Shown here: one piece after another, positions 9,840-23,008 of the stretch
Layout: every line of letters begins with the position of its first letter
Numbering within the stretch: position 1 is the first letter of the stretch
Assembly: GCA_021432655.1 (NCBI GenBank)
Contig: MU271180.1
Coordinates: forward strand, 232,980 to 295,769
DNA from: Atractiella rhizophila
Lineage: Eukaryota
Length of the DNA stretch: 62,790 nt
Direction of reading: 5' to 3'
Position numbers and translations under genes: made by a program
Notes under the pieces: generated by a model
The model's input: the letters and a program-made list of their open reading frames with translations, nothing else
Databases searched by the model: none
What the model was told of the DNA's origin: nothing

Positions 9840-12480
9840 TTTGGATGTGGAAGATCATCTTGAGATCAAAGATTTGGGCCATCAAGGCGAAGCTTTTCAA
9901 TGGACTAACTTTGAATTTGAGCAAAACATCAATCAAGAGGAGGATGCTCATCAAAATCCATTACCTCCACCACCTGCTGTTGAGCTGGGAGACGATGAAT
10001 TCTTCAATCTTTGCTTGTATCAGTGGTTCTGAGAACATCCTGGGGTCACACAGATTACTGTGACGATTTACTCCAAACTTTGCACCATTTTAATCTTTAC
10101 GATGATTTATGCTCACGATATCTTAACGAGAACTGGGCGAAAAAGCTCACAAATCTTGAAGGAAATGAGTGAGGTTGTTGCATTAACTCTTGTATATCTT
10201 ATACTGGTAGGTATAAAGATACTCTGAATTACCCCCACTGTGGCGAATCAAGATATGATGAACAGCATTTGGTGAAGAGAAAGAAGGTTCCACACAAGAC
10301 CTTCATTTGGCTTCCCATTGCTCCTCGTATTCAGGCAATGTATCGGGCATCATTTCATGCTGAAGCCATGCTATACTGTGCGAGAGCAACTACGGTAATG
10401 TGAGCAAATGCTGATAAACCGATTGAAGACTACATTGACTCTGAAAACTACAAGCTACTTCTCCAAAGGTTTTTTAACGATGATCGGGATGTTGCTTTGC
10501 TTTTTTCCTCTGGTGGAGCTCAAATCTTTCGTGACTAACACTCACACGCTTGGCTTGTCATGCTCTTGAACTTGAATTTATCTCCAGAGGAAAGAGTCAA
10601 AAAACATAAAATGATCCTCATTCTATTATTCCGGCACCAAATAATCCAAAGGATATCTGTACTTTCATTCAAGAGCCACTGAAGGAACTGAAGGCATTTG
10701 TACCTGGGGTGAGAAGGAGCAGGAATGGTTCACTTGCCATATCTATCTTCTTCTAGTCGCTGCTGATATGCAAGGAAGCTCAAAATTTTCTTGCACTGTA
10801 GGCCTACGAGGCAGGTGTGGTTGTAGCTTTTGCTACCTCATCAGTTATTACACAGGAAAGAGTGGATACTATTATGCTTTTGAGAATCCAAATGATGACT
10901 TTGAACTTGGGATAACAAGATGAAGGAAGAATGGGATCCGCAAAGTGCAATATTCGAGAGAGTTGCCACCTGCCGAGCGTACAGATGATACTTATGGACC
11001 AGAAATGACACAGCTTTTGCTTCCAAATCTCAAGATGAGGCAGCAAAGCTTACCACCAGGTTTGGAATCATCTGAAAGACTCCTTTTACAAGCTTTGACA
11101 CTTTTACCTGGCCATACTTCTTCCAGATCGATACTATGCATTTGTTCTTCCAACTTGTTACACTTTCCATGTTCAAAATTTGGCATGGTGATGAGCAGAT
11201 GGGCTTGAATGGGACCGAAGATTTTATCATCCCAGACGAAGGGTGGAAGGGGAGTGGTAGGCGTCAAAACTACATTTGAATCTACATAACAAACTCTTCG
11301 TACTAGGTGCATTAATGGAAAATGCCCTCGATTTTGGCCAGCAGCCTTTGGTGAGTGACCACGAAATATCTACACTGCTTGGACTCCCTACAAGAATAAA
11401 GATTGGGCTCAATGGTGCTTCATTTGGTCTCGACAATTTTTGCCTCATTTTTTACAGCCAAAATACCTGGACCACTGGCTCAAGTTTGTTACAGAAGTAA
11501 TAATTGCTTGCCAGACACAGATCACTCATGAGGAACTTCTTGAGATGAAGCGACTCTTTGAAGAATTTCATGATGGGTTTATGCTTCTTTATTATCAGCG
11601 GAAAATCAAGCGGATCAAGATGTGTCGAATGACTCTTCATCGCCTTGTACTTGTCTATGACTGTATTCTGGAAATGGGATCTGTCTGGGTCTATTGGCAG
11701 TATCCCATGGAATGGTTGATCGGTCAAATGGTTCAATCTCTCCAGAATGTCACACAGTATACAGCAAATTTAGCACGTCTCATGCTTCACCACGAGCATG
11801 TCAATATTGTCAACTGGCTTCATCCATTACCCAAAAAACTGCCATATCTCGTGTCCCTTTTCACAAGAGTATTTGGGATGACTCTTGCTTTCTAACTGTC
11901 AAGAGGGAGAAAAACCCATCTTTGCACAAGTCACCTCGAGAAGCCCTTGTCCGATATATTTATTGGCAACATAACCAACAAGATTTCTTCGGTCTGGATG
12001 AAGACGACATGGTGTCACAGACATCTTCATGCAGCGAGGGCCACACCAACCCTCTCCGAAATGCTTTGCTGAAAACTACGAGTGCAATGTCTACTTCGAT
12101 AGAATACAGCATCCATTCAGCAATGTCGATGGGCAGGGGATCACTGGTAGAGGAAGTCAAAGTATTGTTCACTAAACTGAAGGAGATTGTTCGATGGGGA
12201 ACCCTCAAGCTGACGACAAGCAAGCAGACCATTCATTCCATGTGGACGGAGTCTGGATGGAAGCGTAAGGAGCTCACTAGAAGCGCAACTTGTGTTGCTA
12301 TGAGTACCTTTGATACTGTGCAAATGGAGGCACTCATATAGGTGTTTAACAAGTTCACTGATCGGGGAACTGAGAGCGACAAGCTGAGAATACACTTTGC
12401 TGTCATCCAGTTCTACCTCACTTGTCGTTTTGAGGATCAATTCTTCCAGCTCACATATGTCACAGTAGCAGATGATCTAG
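9840..12480 (+). pseudogene. CACTA/En-Spm-type (Transposase_21/tnp2, DUF4218-like) transposase remnant
   Basis: Fragments such as WLPIAPRIQAMYR and YYQRKIKRIKMCRMTLHRLVLVYDCILEMGSVWVYWQYPMEWLIG; many stops and frameshifts. Confidence 0.75.
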
Positions 12481-12567
12481 ATGGAGAGGTCTAGCAAGGC
12501 AACTTATCTTGTAGGTTCTATAATGACACATCACAGCACAACCGCTTTGTTAACATTGCAACCATTA

Positions 12568-13059
12568 AAGGTCTCCGTCACCCTCCTCAATTGGCCCGCC
12601 TTCGAGTCCTCCACCAAGAGCTGGAGCGGATTGGTCCCCTCCCCAAGCGCAGAGGACGTCGCCGGTCACATCTTCTTTAGGTTTGGATTTGGACCTGGTG
12701 GAAGCGGGAGGAAGTGGGTGGAAGCGAGGATTCAGCTTGGAGGGAAGCCACATTTGAGGGAAAGTCAGGCTAAGTTGGGCAGCCCGCTGGTGTTGGATAA
12801 TCCCCATTTCGTGAAGCCGGAAATGGTGATGAAGCTTGATGATGTTATGTTTAGGGATTGGGAGGTGGAACTGGAGTTGGAGATGGGCCTCATTAAGGAT
12901 GAAGACGAGTGAGATGAGTGTGGAATGCGTGTCATAACTTTTTGTCTCATTCACTCAGAATGCCATTTCCTCCGTCTCGATGGTCCCGAGTGTGAATAGT
13001 ACGCCATCATGCTAAACCTGCCAGTGATGAGTCGCGAAGTGGAGTTATCTCGCAAATTG
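12568..13059 (+). repeat. Left part of an inverted segmental duplication (12568-13059 plus 20218-~23050 versus ~33170-36510)
   Basis: Reverse complement of ~36015-36510 (GKPHL.ESQAKLGSPLVLDNPHF..LEMGLIKDEDE); homology resumes at 20218 after the transposon. Confidence 0.9.
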
Positions 13060-15194
13060 CATCATGAAAAAAAATTCTGACTGGCCAAACCGGATCAGGC
13101 CATCTTATCCATCAGACCTTAAGAGGACGGTCAGGAGTGATCAGTGATGGTAACATTATGACGAGTCGTTAGGTCCAAAATGATCAGAGCGTCACCAGCG
13201 CAAAAGAGTGGCAGGATCAGAAACGAGTCTGGCGGCGATCAGAACTCAGGCTCTAATGCATCAGGCTCCCGTCAGATACGGGTCAGGTAACTGTCAGAGT
13301 CCGATCAGAACTCTCCGAGCTATTTATCACAGCCCTATCAATTGCTGATCACCCAATAAGACTACCGATACCTGATCCTAAACTGCTGGTTCACTTGCCC
13401 TTATAGCTTGTCTGCTGCCTTCTGCAATTGATAACGTTATTAATCTACTCCAAATTGCACACTATGCTATGTATCCCCGCAATGTACATCGATTGCCCAG
13501 TGCTTCTCTGCACTCCACTCTCTTCTCTCCATCAACAGCCCTTCTAATTACTCCTTGTCACATAATACCGATGGATGTCGTAAGAAACGAGGTCGTTGCC
13601 GGAACTAGATGGCTGGAGCGCAGTATTGGTCGCAAAAGCCAGACAATCAGTGTTTGTGTAGCATGGGTAAGCAGACAAACGTACGCGAGGATGGTAGAGT
13701 TTCGGCCAACACTAGCAAAATAAGAAATTGCTTTAATCACATCTGCCAGTGAGTCTGGTGACGAGACGAAGTTGGTAAGTCATTGAATGTCGTAGTCAAT
13801 ATCGCCTGTTGACTCACATGGTTTAGGGAAATTGGAGAAGACTAGGGTAACAAAGATGAGGAAAGTGGTTTTTGTCGAACAGCTGTAACGTCATGGACCG
13901 TGTCGGAAGGAAGGAAGGAGGAAGAAGAAAGTTGGTGACCGCGTAGGACTGGGATCAAGACAGAACTGTTTGACAAAGGGCATTAGACCTGTGAGTGGAA
14001 AAAGGGAGAGAACAAACGAGACAAGAACCGGGTGGATTGTTCAGCAGTGGGGTCAGGACACCAGCCTTGCAACGAGGTGATTGTTCGCCCATCACCACCT
14101 GCCTTCAAGATGCGACATCACCGCCTGCATTCGAGATTGTGAGAAAGTTATCACATGAACAAAATATCCATAGAACTCGCGAAAACGATTGCAGATGAAT
14201 GTTCACTCACTAAACTGAGACGAGAGGCGAATTCCAAATTGGAGACCACCTGGAAATGTGTCTGAAATAAAACGTCAGTTTGCTTCAAAAGTGTCAGCTT
14301 AACATCAGGTTCAAAGCTGGAAGCTGCGGGTACCCACTCTTAAACATAAAAAGGCGTACTTCGCAAGTTCATCAATCCTACCCGTTTGCTACCGTACTTT
14401 GCCACCAGGATTTTGCTGCCTACCACCGACATATCTTAGCCATGATAGCATCATTTTGAATTGAAAGGTGTCTGTGCTAGGGAAGGAGCAATGAGCTGGA
14501 AGAGAACAATAGGATTGGAATGGGGCAGTGAGGTGGAACGGAACTTGGTCGAAGAAATTTGTCCAGCTGGAACTAGTACCCTTAGGGGTTGTATCTCTCA
14601 CGTCATGTTCCTCTCCTCAATCTCCTCACTTGCGCAAGGCTTGAATGATCTTCACATCTATTGCATGAAAATTGCCACATGAACTAGGAAAAGAATGGGA
14701 AAGGGAATGTAGATGAGAAGGTGGATATTAGATGGAGTGCCGGATGTGGGCAGTGTTTGTGGCCATGTGGGTAGTTCTTTGTCGCAGTCACAGTGCCAAT
14801 AAGGGATTGGAGATGTGCCTCTTAAACTTTATTTCGTTTGAACCATTAGTGAGGACATATCTGATGTGTGGGATATCCCATCATTGTTTGCAAGATTACA
14901 TGCGTCAAATGAGCTGCTCCAACGGTTCGCAATGGACCCGCGTCGTAGGATGGATCTCTATCTCTCCTACTGTGAGCCTGAGCGCAATGCTAATGGCCGC
15001 GGTAGCTTCATTTGTGATTGAAAATATCTGCTAATACTGTTTGGGAATATACTTGCAGCTGAAAAGTAGTTGTCTGGTGCCGGCTCAGTTTACGCTCTGC
15101 ATGCAGATTAGTTTGAAGAGTAAGCTGAAGACCTTTGTTTGGGTTCAATGCTCTATGTACAAAGAAGATTCGAGTTCCCGAAGTCTTTCATACA

Positions 15195-16209
15195 TTACTC
15201 TGCATCCTTGTCTCCTTGCTCCTCCGTAAAATCCATACCAAATCCATCCAAAATATCTTGATCCTTGCCTGTTTCATCTGGTTGGGTACTGGTGGAGTCC
15301 CTCAAATTGTCCTGAGGGAACACTTCTCTATTCCAGAGCTGAATAAGATTGTGGAATTTGTCCACATGTTGTTCTTGAAGGCTTTCGAGCAATCTGACCG
15401 TACGTTGAAAATGGTCATGGTAATTGTTTACCTGCTCCATATTTGGGAGGATTGGCATTCTTCCTTCAGCAGCAAATACAGGATCTGCGGTTAAGGCGTA
15501 ACGTGCCTGCTTAGCTTTGAGAATGAGCTTAAAGTCATAAATGAGAGGACAAACAAGAGTTGAGCAGTAGGCCATTAGCGGAATTGAAATCTTGAAGATG
15601 GAAAGTTCTTTGCCAATAGTAGAAGCTCGAGCTTTCTCAGTTGTGCTATTGATGGCTGCTAACCCATGAATGATGATGCGTGCAACCTATTTTAACATCA
15701 GCAATCAACTATAGATAACATTCCGGAAACACACCTTGAATAAAGCTGCAGATCGGAGATATGCGCCCGCTTTGATTGCCTTCAATCTGTGACCTCCAAC
15801 CTCTGTGCAAAAATGTTCTCGAACCTCATGACCCATGGGTGATACAAAAGCACTGATGCTTTTCCGGCATGATATGCTTGAATCTTTGCCAGCTTGGTAG
15901 GTGCGATAGGTATAACCCGAGTCGAGTGACATCGTTTTGAGGGAGGTTCACTGCTGGCACAGTGTGCGATATCTTGCAGAGCATCCAGTTGCTCTTGCAT
16001 TTGGGCACGCTCTTCCTCCCACTGCTGGCGTTCGTCGTCCCTTGCTGCAACGATGTTCTGAAGAAGACTGAGCTCTCTTCTTTCATCATTTAACTATGCT
16101 CTGTCTCTAACCTATTTCTTTTCAACAAAAGGAGACAACGCACCTGTGCTTTCACCAACCTATATTTCCGCTTATAAACTCTTTCTGGATTGTTTTCTTG
16201 GTCCAACAT
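15195..16209 (-). CDS. Transposon accessory protein, DUF6698-like, intron-containing, possibly disrupted
   Basis: Coiled-coil N-terminus, then AYLRSAALFK..RIIIHG..ISIPLMAYCSTL/ARYALTAD..NYHDHF..LIQLWNREVFP, resembling DUF6698 (IAY..RFALS..WWN.VF). One in-frame stop near 15782. Confidence 0.5.
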
Positions 16210-16399
16210 GATATATCGTTTTAATAGATTTTGAGAAGTTCAGACAAACGATGTTGTAGAGAAGCAAGAGGCTGGCGCTTTTGAAGGTTTCGGCAAGGGA
16301 AAACAAGTGTGACGTCAAGATACACGTCACACGTCTATCAAAACAACAACTTCCTCCCTCCTGATTAAACTTTCTTCTGCATCCACAGACCCCCTTGAG

Positions 16400-19300
16400 A
16401 TGGCTCCTCGCTATACTAGAGTCAATGCAGTCAAGAAACTACCGAGCAATCAGGCAGAATGCCCTGATTGTCATCAAATATTTTCATACGCAAAAGGTGG
16501 CCTTAAGAATCATCGTGCCAGTCAACATCGTGTTGTCCCCCAAGAAGCTGGTTGGAAAGCAGTCAAAGTAGATGGAAGGAAAGTAGGACGGTATGAAAAT
16601 GTAAGAATGGTGCTACTCAGTTGTGGAAAATGTGCTAAAGTATTTAAAGGTCCCGCACACAAACTCTGAATCAGACATATCACAAGAATTTGAAGATGAT
16701 ATTTTAGTACCCTCCTTTCATGGGACAGAAGGGAATTCCGTTTCACGTGTGTTCTTCTCCTGTTAAATTGGGTGAATCCAAAAAGTTAATGGGCAAACTG
16801 GCTAGCCATTAGGTCTATTACTAGGGTTGAGCCGTCATGGACTCCATCCCTCCACCGCGCATCTTCTGAAGTCTCCTCTACGCCGGCAAACAACAGATCA
16901 TCCCCCTCTTCACCCGTTTCCAGTTCGGATGAAGAGGATGATGTAAATCTCAAGGAAGAACTGGGTGGTCCATACTTTCAATACCACCATCCCGATTCAC
17001 GGCGCCATTGCAAATCTACAAATCCCACCGGCACCTCTAATAAGCCACCAAGTCTGCCTCCTTATCATCCATTCAAAAGTGAGGTTGACTACGACATGGC
17101 TGCTCATACATTTTTTCAAGGCATGACACAATCAGATACAACGGCTTTTTTTCGAAACCTCAAGAAATGCGGGCTTGCTGAATTCAACTTGGATTCCTTC
17201 AAGCATTTGAGAGAGACATTGCAAAGGGATAAACGAAGTGTGATGGCATGAGCCCAGAATTTCTGCTTCAGGCCATTTATACTGATATGAAAAATAGTTC
17301 CATCATCACATCGTTTCAGCTGAGTATGGCGGCAACGCCATCAAGCATCATGTCTATATACGTGATCCTATTGAGATCGTGAAGGAAGTAATCCGTGACG
17401 ATACTGTACGGGAGTCTATGCAGTTCTACCCGGTCAAGGAGTTCAAACGCACTGACGAAGTTCCAAGTCGCAATGTGAGAACTTATGATGAGCTGTGGAC
17501 AACTAGACGCTGGTGGAGATATCAGGTTTGCGTTATTTTCCCAGCTTGTATTGATTATATACTCAATAGCACTGTAGGATTCACTGCCCAATACCAATGG
17601 TTGTATCGGAGCTATCATTTTTTACACAGATGGGACGAGTGCCGTCAAGTTTGGGCAGAAAACCGTGCATCCCATGTATATGTGGCTTGCAAATGTTCCC
17701 CTGCGAGAAAGGAGTGGAGATAGCAAAGGAGGATGCCAACTCATTGGATTTCAACCTGAAGTAAGGTCTCTCAATGTTTATAGTTCCTTCCATCTAACTA
17801 GCAATATTGTAGATTGTTGGAACAGATAAGCAAAAGAAGGACAAACTATTTCGCCAATATAAGCGTTCGGTATACCACAAAGTCATTGGTATTGTCTTGA
17901 AAGCCGTCCGCCGATATGAACGAGTAGGGTTCAGGGTGCAAGTTGGCCAGAACTTCGATAAACTGATATTTCCACGCATTTTCTTGGTCCAAGCAGATCT
18001 AGCTGAGTTGTGAGAACATTTCCAATTTAACAAATCTTCTACTTAACAATTCTAGATACACAATCCTCCTATTACTCGGTATTGGCTCCGAATTTCGGTG
18101 TCCAATCTGCCTTGCACCTAAATCCCAGCTGCACAACTTATCGCAACATTTTCCCAAGCGATGTCAGCAGCAGGTTCATCGTGATCTTTGTCGCTATGAA
18201 GAAACACAGGAAGCAAGCGAGACAGTGACAGCAGTAAGGGAACTGACAAGCAGCTCTTCTCTTCGGCCGGAAACGGTATGTTGTGCCTCCCTGTTCTTGA
18301 CTGCTTCTCCTAGAGCTGAAGTCCTTGGAGAATAGTCAGCTTTCAGCCGGCTGAAATGCAGTGATATCTATGACTGCATTGCCGCTGATCCCTTGCATGT
18401 CTTTGGCGGCTTGTACAAAGATCATGTCACGCGCAAGATCTTCGAAAAACTCTCAAGCGTACAGAAGGAGAAAATCGATTCATAGTATGTTGCTATTCTG
18501 CCCTTTACATGTGCTGAAGTATTCAATCGGCAGCCTCAGTTCCCTACCAACATTTGGCTCGCTATGACATGTTCCAAAACGGGGCCTGACGAACTTAGAA
18601 AGCTTTACGTGCATGGAGATCCAAGATGCGATGAAGGCACATATTTCCTTGTTGCAGCAGCCACAGTTCTACGAGTTGAACATTCACTACAGGCTTTAAT
18701 TGTAGGCATGATTGGGATCCTTCCTGCTGAACTCGAACAAGAAGTCGTTCCAGCCTTACGAGACCTTGCGGCTTTTGAGGTCCTTGTAAAAATGCACGTT
18801 CAGGACAAAGACAGAATCAGTGTCCTTCGACATGAGAAACTCGCAGCTGTTGAAGCTGCTTTGAAGGTTCACTAAATTCTCTTCTCTCTCCGGTTAACTT
18901 TCATTTAGCTGATGACGATAAAAGGTCCTTAGTGAACATTTCGGAATGTCGACGAAGTTTCCGAAAGGGCATCTTCCACAGCACTTCGTTGACCTCGTTG
19001 CCGAAGGTGGAACTCTGGACCATCAACTACAGCACATGGCGAACGATCCCACCGCCCACTGAAAGAGCACATTATAGCCCGTTCGCTTCACAGCACCATA
19101 GCAGGGGAGACAGAACTCTCTGTAAGCTGCTATGCACCTTTAACACTTTGCAAAGGCATTGACCCGTACTTGTATCAGATGGCTCAACGTGCGTTCGAGA
19201 TGATGCAACTTCAAGCCATTGGCCGCCGTATCGAAACAGCAAAACTCATGCAACAGGACCATTGCGAAAACGAGCGAGCGGTGCCATGTCGCAGGAGGCG

Positions 19301-19967
19301 AGATCCCATCGAACAGTCCCCTTTGTGTGGCGAGTCAAGAACATTTAACCTTCAGACTTACTTTGACAAATTATCCGCTGAATTCGAAACACGCCAGGAC
19401 CTGGTATCTGATCTCCGCCTGTTCCTACTTCGACTTCTGGATCCTTCAGCTCCAGCGCCGGTGCGTCAAGAGCGATTACCTCAGATTGATGATTCTATGG
19501 TTTGTATTTTGCTCACTTCATGCCACCACTGATACTGGCTTCCCAAAATTCAGGTTCGAGACTATACCCTCTTCCGCTGCCCATTTACTTCGTTGATTGA
19601 TCAAAGGAGCTATGAAGATTACATCCGATGCCATCCGAACTGGCAGAAGAAAGAGCCACGATATGACGACGCTATTCTGCAAAATAACGACGGCACCACT
19701 TCGTTCGGACGTCTTGTTCGGTTACTTTCTTGTTATGTTCAAGGGAGGGACTTTCGCATCATTGTATTTCACGAGTATGCTTGGATTGGCAGGCACCAGG
19801 TATCTGGCATGCCGTTTGTACGCGACGGAGACCGCTTCAGCTTTGCTCTTACAGACAACGTCGTGCGAAGTTGTTACATTCAGCCAGACCCCATCGAACA
19901 CAGATTTTATCATATTAATGATCTTGCGGAGGCTGATTTATTTCTACACTTGAAACACCTTGTCTAA
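16400..19967 (+). CDS. Plavaka transposase, multi-exon, with N-terminal C2H2 zinc finger
   Basis: CPDC..LKNHRASQH; PYHPFKSEVDY; YIRDPIEIVKE; RTYDELWTTRRWWRYQ; IIFYTDGTSAVKFGQKTVHPMYMWLANV; IRCHPNWQKKEPRYDDAIL..GRL. Confidence 0.85.
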
Positions 19968-20439
19968 AGTTGATCTCTTGCATATGGATTCCTATTGTTG
20001 ATTGCGAACCCATGAAGTAATAAATATACCATTTCAACAAGCTTAGAAATTTCAAGCTATGTATGACGTGATCAGAACCTCAGCAAAGCCCACCAGACAG
20101 AGAGCAGCCTATCAGGTACATATCAGACCGATTTAGGGCCTGATCAGTCTCTGCTCAAGCAGTGCCAGCCGTCAGTATCCATCAGGCGGTGATCAGTGAG
20201 AAAGGATTTTCGTGATGTGCCCGTACCCTGAGGCAGCAGAAAACGGAATGATGAAAGTCGTTCCCGCAGGAATAGAGCGTGCTGGAGGCCAAGCTGTAAA
20301 GGAGAGAAGAGGGCGACGTTCCACCGATGGCAGGATATCAGGATATCATGTTGTTCGATCTTTCGAGTCAAATGACTGGGACAGCGCACCACGTAATATT
20401 AATCATCCAGTCTCCTGCTTTGACTCATCTCTCCTCTAG

Positions 20440-23008
20440 ATGACGAAGAGGAAGACAAAGAAGACTGCAATGAAGAGAGGATCCCCGCCACCACCTGCCA
20501 CTCCCGACTCGATTCAAAACACAAAGCAAAAATATCAACAAGAGGCAACATCAAGAACGGTACCACCAAACTTCAAACCGTTGCAGCGCAACCTGCCACT
20601 AGGTGAAAAACTCGACATGGAATCACCCGTTGTGGTGTTGGAGGATCTACGGCCAAACATTAACATACCTGAGGTCGAACTGCCACTCGAGCTAACAACG
20701 TATAATGCAGCGGACTGGAAGGATGAGAACTCGATTAAAACTTGGATGGATGAGCTGTATCGCGTGAGTAATCACAGTTGATTGAGCACCATGAATGAAG
20801 ACACGGTCTAGGTCGTGCGCAAGGAAAAGTCCAGATACTGCCAAGGTGGTACACGAATGCAGTTGTCAGAGAATCTGTCGACCAAGGATTCTTCAAAGCT
20901 GGACGGAATCTTGGTCCACCATGAGATCGACCCTCCTGTGAAGGCGTACTCGAACATATCGCTGGCATTAGAATTCAGAGACCATCTTGAGAATGCTGGT
21001 TCGCACGAGAACACCCAATTAGCACGAAACGCTGCCTACACTCTCGGGGCGAGACCTCGCTGTTTTGTCTGGACTCTGTTGATTGATACAGCTGGAGATA
21101 AACATTACTCTTGGGTTAATAGTATGCGTGGTGGGCACTTTCAGGGAAAACCAAAACGCCTCGAAGACCATTTCAAAGAAGTCGCGCAGACCATCGCAAG
21201 GTTTGCGAAAGCGAGCGAGGAACAAATCGGATTTCTCAACATCTTTGATCACGATCCAGCGTGGCACTTCACCTGGGAGGTAGGCTGTCGGTCTCGAACT
21301 GAGGAGCCCGCCTCCAAAAACTCTTCCCTCTCAAGTTCCCGCGCCAGGCCACCCAACGACACCATGCCTTCAGCTGAGCTACCGTCCTCATCTGACAGCA
21401 TGCCGTCTTCCAATATGCTCCTTCCTTCGCAATTCATCCCAAGCCCAATCACAAATTTAAACTGGACCTAAACGGATGTTTGAAGGGATGGGATGTTGTC
21501 GGCAAGAGTTCCGAGTTTAAGCCCAACTGGGTCCAGGAAATTCTTTTTCGTTCATACTCTATTGCTGGTAGAGGAACACAAGTTTGGATATGCGAGCTGG
21601 AAGGAGGTGGGTATGGTGTCATTAAGCATGTATGGCTGACGGAGGACGTGTTGAAAAGGTTGGAGGAGCACGTAAAGCAGTTCAATGTTTGGAGGGAGCT
21701 TTGGAAGGACCAACCGCCACGAAATCTCGATGGATCGCCAGCAGATGCGACGGATTTGGAATGGCTTCGACACACTCCTCGTCTCATTCTTTCTCAGCCT
21801 AATCTTTCAACCAGAAAAATCCTGTCCAAAAATGCACTCTGGAATGGTGGCGATGTTTCGGAGGTCATGGAGACAGACCTAATTCCCGTCCTCATCTACA
21901 ATTCTACGGCCGGCCTCCCTCTTTCTTCAGCTGAACGTCTTGACGATGTGCTCGACGCGTTCAAAGGTGTCTTGACGCGTACGGACTTTCTTGTTGTTTT
22001 GGGGCTTACCTTGATTTGTTGTCAGAATTAGCCATGTTAAACGATCACGACCTTATCCATCGCGATGTTTCCTATGCCAACATCTTTATTCGCGAATTCC
22101 AGACGAACAGTGATGACGGGAATGCTCCAGCTGTCGGATGGCTGAATGATTTCGATTTCTCGATACGACGGGAGAAGGACAAGGGCGAACACCCTTCAAA
22201 GCCACATCCAATCTCAGTGAGTAGCTTGCCCTCGCCTGCATAGGCTTATTCTTGACCTTTCATTAAGGGAACCTTCCCATTCCTATCTCGATGCGTACTG
22301 AACGCGTTGACGGAAGAAGAGCCTCCGTACGAGCAGTCGGTTATGGATGACATCGAGTCCGTAATCTACTGCGTTATCTACTTTTTCTGCAATTTCTATC
22401 CGGACGCTGAAGGACGGCTCGTGAGGCGAGATTGGAGCCGCAAGCCGGACACACCAACAGGAGAAGGCTCTGGAAGGACCTTCAGTGGTTCCAGGGACCT
22501 GGAACAGAATGCCGAGGCGGATGAACGATGCTCGTCACATCACAGCGTCAAATCCGTGAAGGAACGATCCTCACCCCTCCACGGCGCCAAATCTGCAAAG
22601 GATCGATACTCGACACTTCGGAACATCATATCCGCAAAGGAAAAATCCTCACCAATTCACAGCGTTGAATCCGTTCCCCAGAACATTGACTATCCACTCC
22701 AACCGTGGTTGACTTTGGATAGTGCCTTCGACGCGAAATTAGTTCTGCTCAGCAAGTTGAAGTTGTCACGTTTTGCCAAAAATTTGAGGAAACATCTGGT
22801 CAACGATGGGAGTTGGAACGAAGACCACGTCACACGTCTACTCTGGGAACTCACTCAACCGCTTCAATTTCTGCCGGGAGAGGAGGAGAATAATTGGGCT
22901 GCCCTCTTTCCCGATGGATGCGACGAAAAAACAGTAGTTAAGGGCATTGTTGGAAAGATGGTGGACGCTTTGGAGCGGGGAAAGAAGAGATTTAATGGGA
23001 AACTGTAA
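20440..23008 (+). CDS. FunK1-type protein kinase, copy B; one homopolymer frameshift at ~21445
   Basis: GRGTQVW, HRDVSYAN, GWLNDFDFS, DDIESVIY; same intron positions as copy A. Confidence 0.85.

Larger units (their letters stand above)
13060..20217 (+). mobile_element. Complete Plavaka-type DNA transposon, 7158 bp, ~24-bp imperfect TIRs, 2-bp TSD (TG)
   Basis: Left end CATCATGAAAAAAAATTCTGACTG; right end reverse complement CATCACGAAAATCCTTTCTCACTG (18/24 match). TG on both sides (13058-59, 20218-19). The empty site cgcaaat-TG-cctgtaccctgagg is on the minus strand at ~36000-36022. ATCAG-rich subterminal repeats at both ends. Confidence 0.9.

Noticed and set aside
13060..20217. TET/JBP dioxygenase cargo, known from some fungal Plavaka/KDZ elements
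   Set aside because: No HxD...H...R 2OG-Fe motif set recognised in the element.
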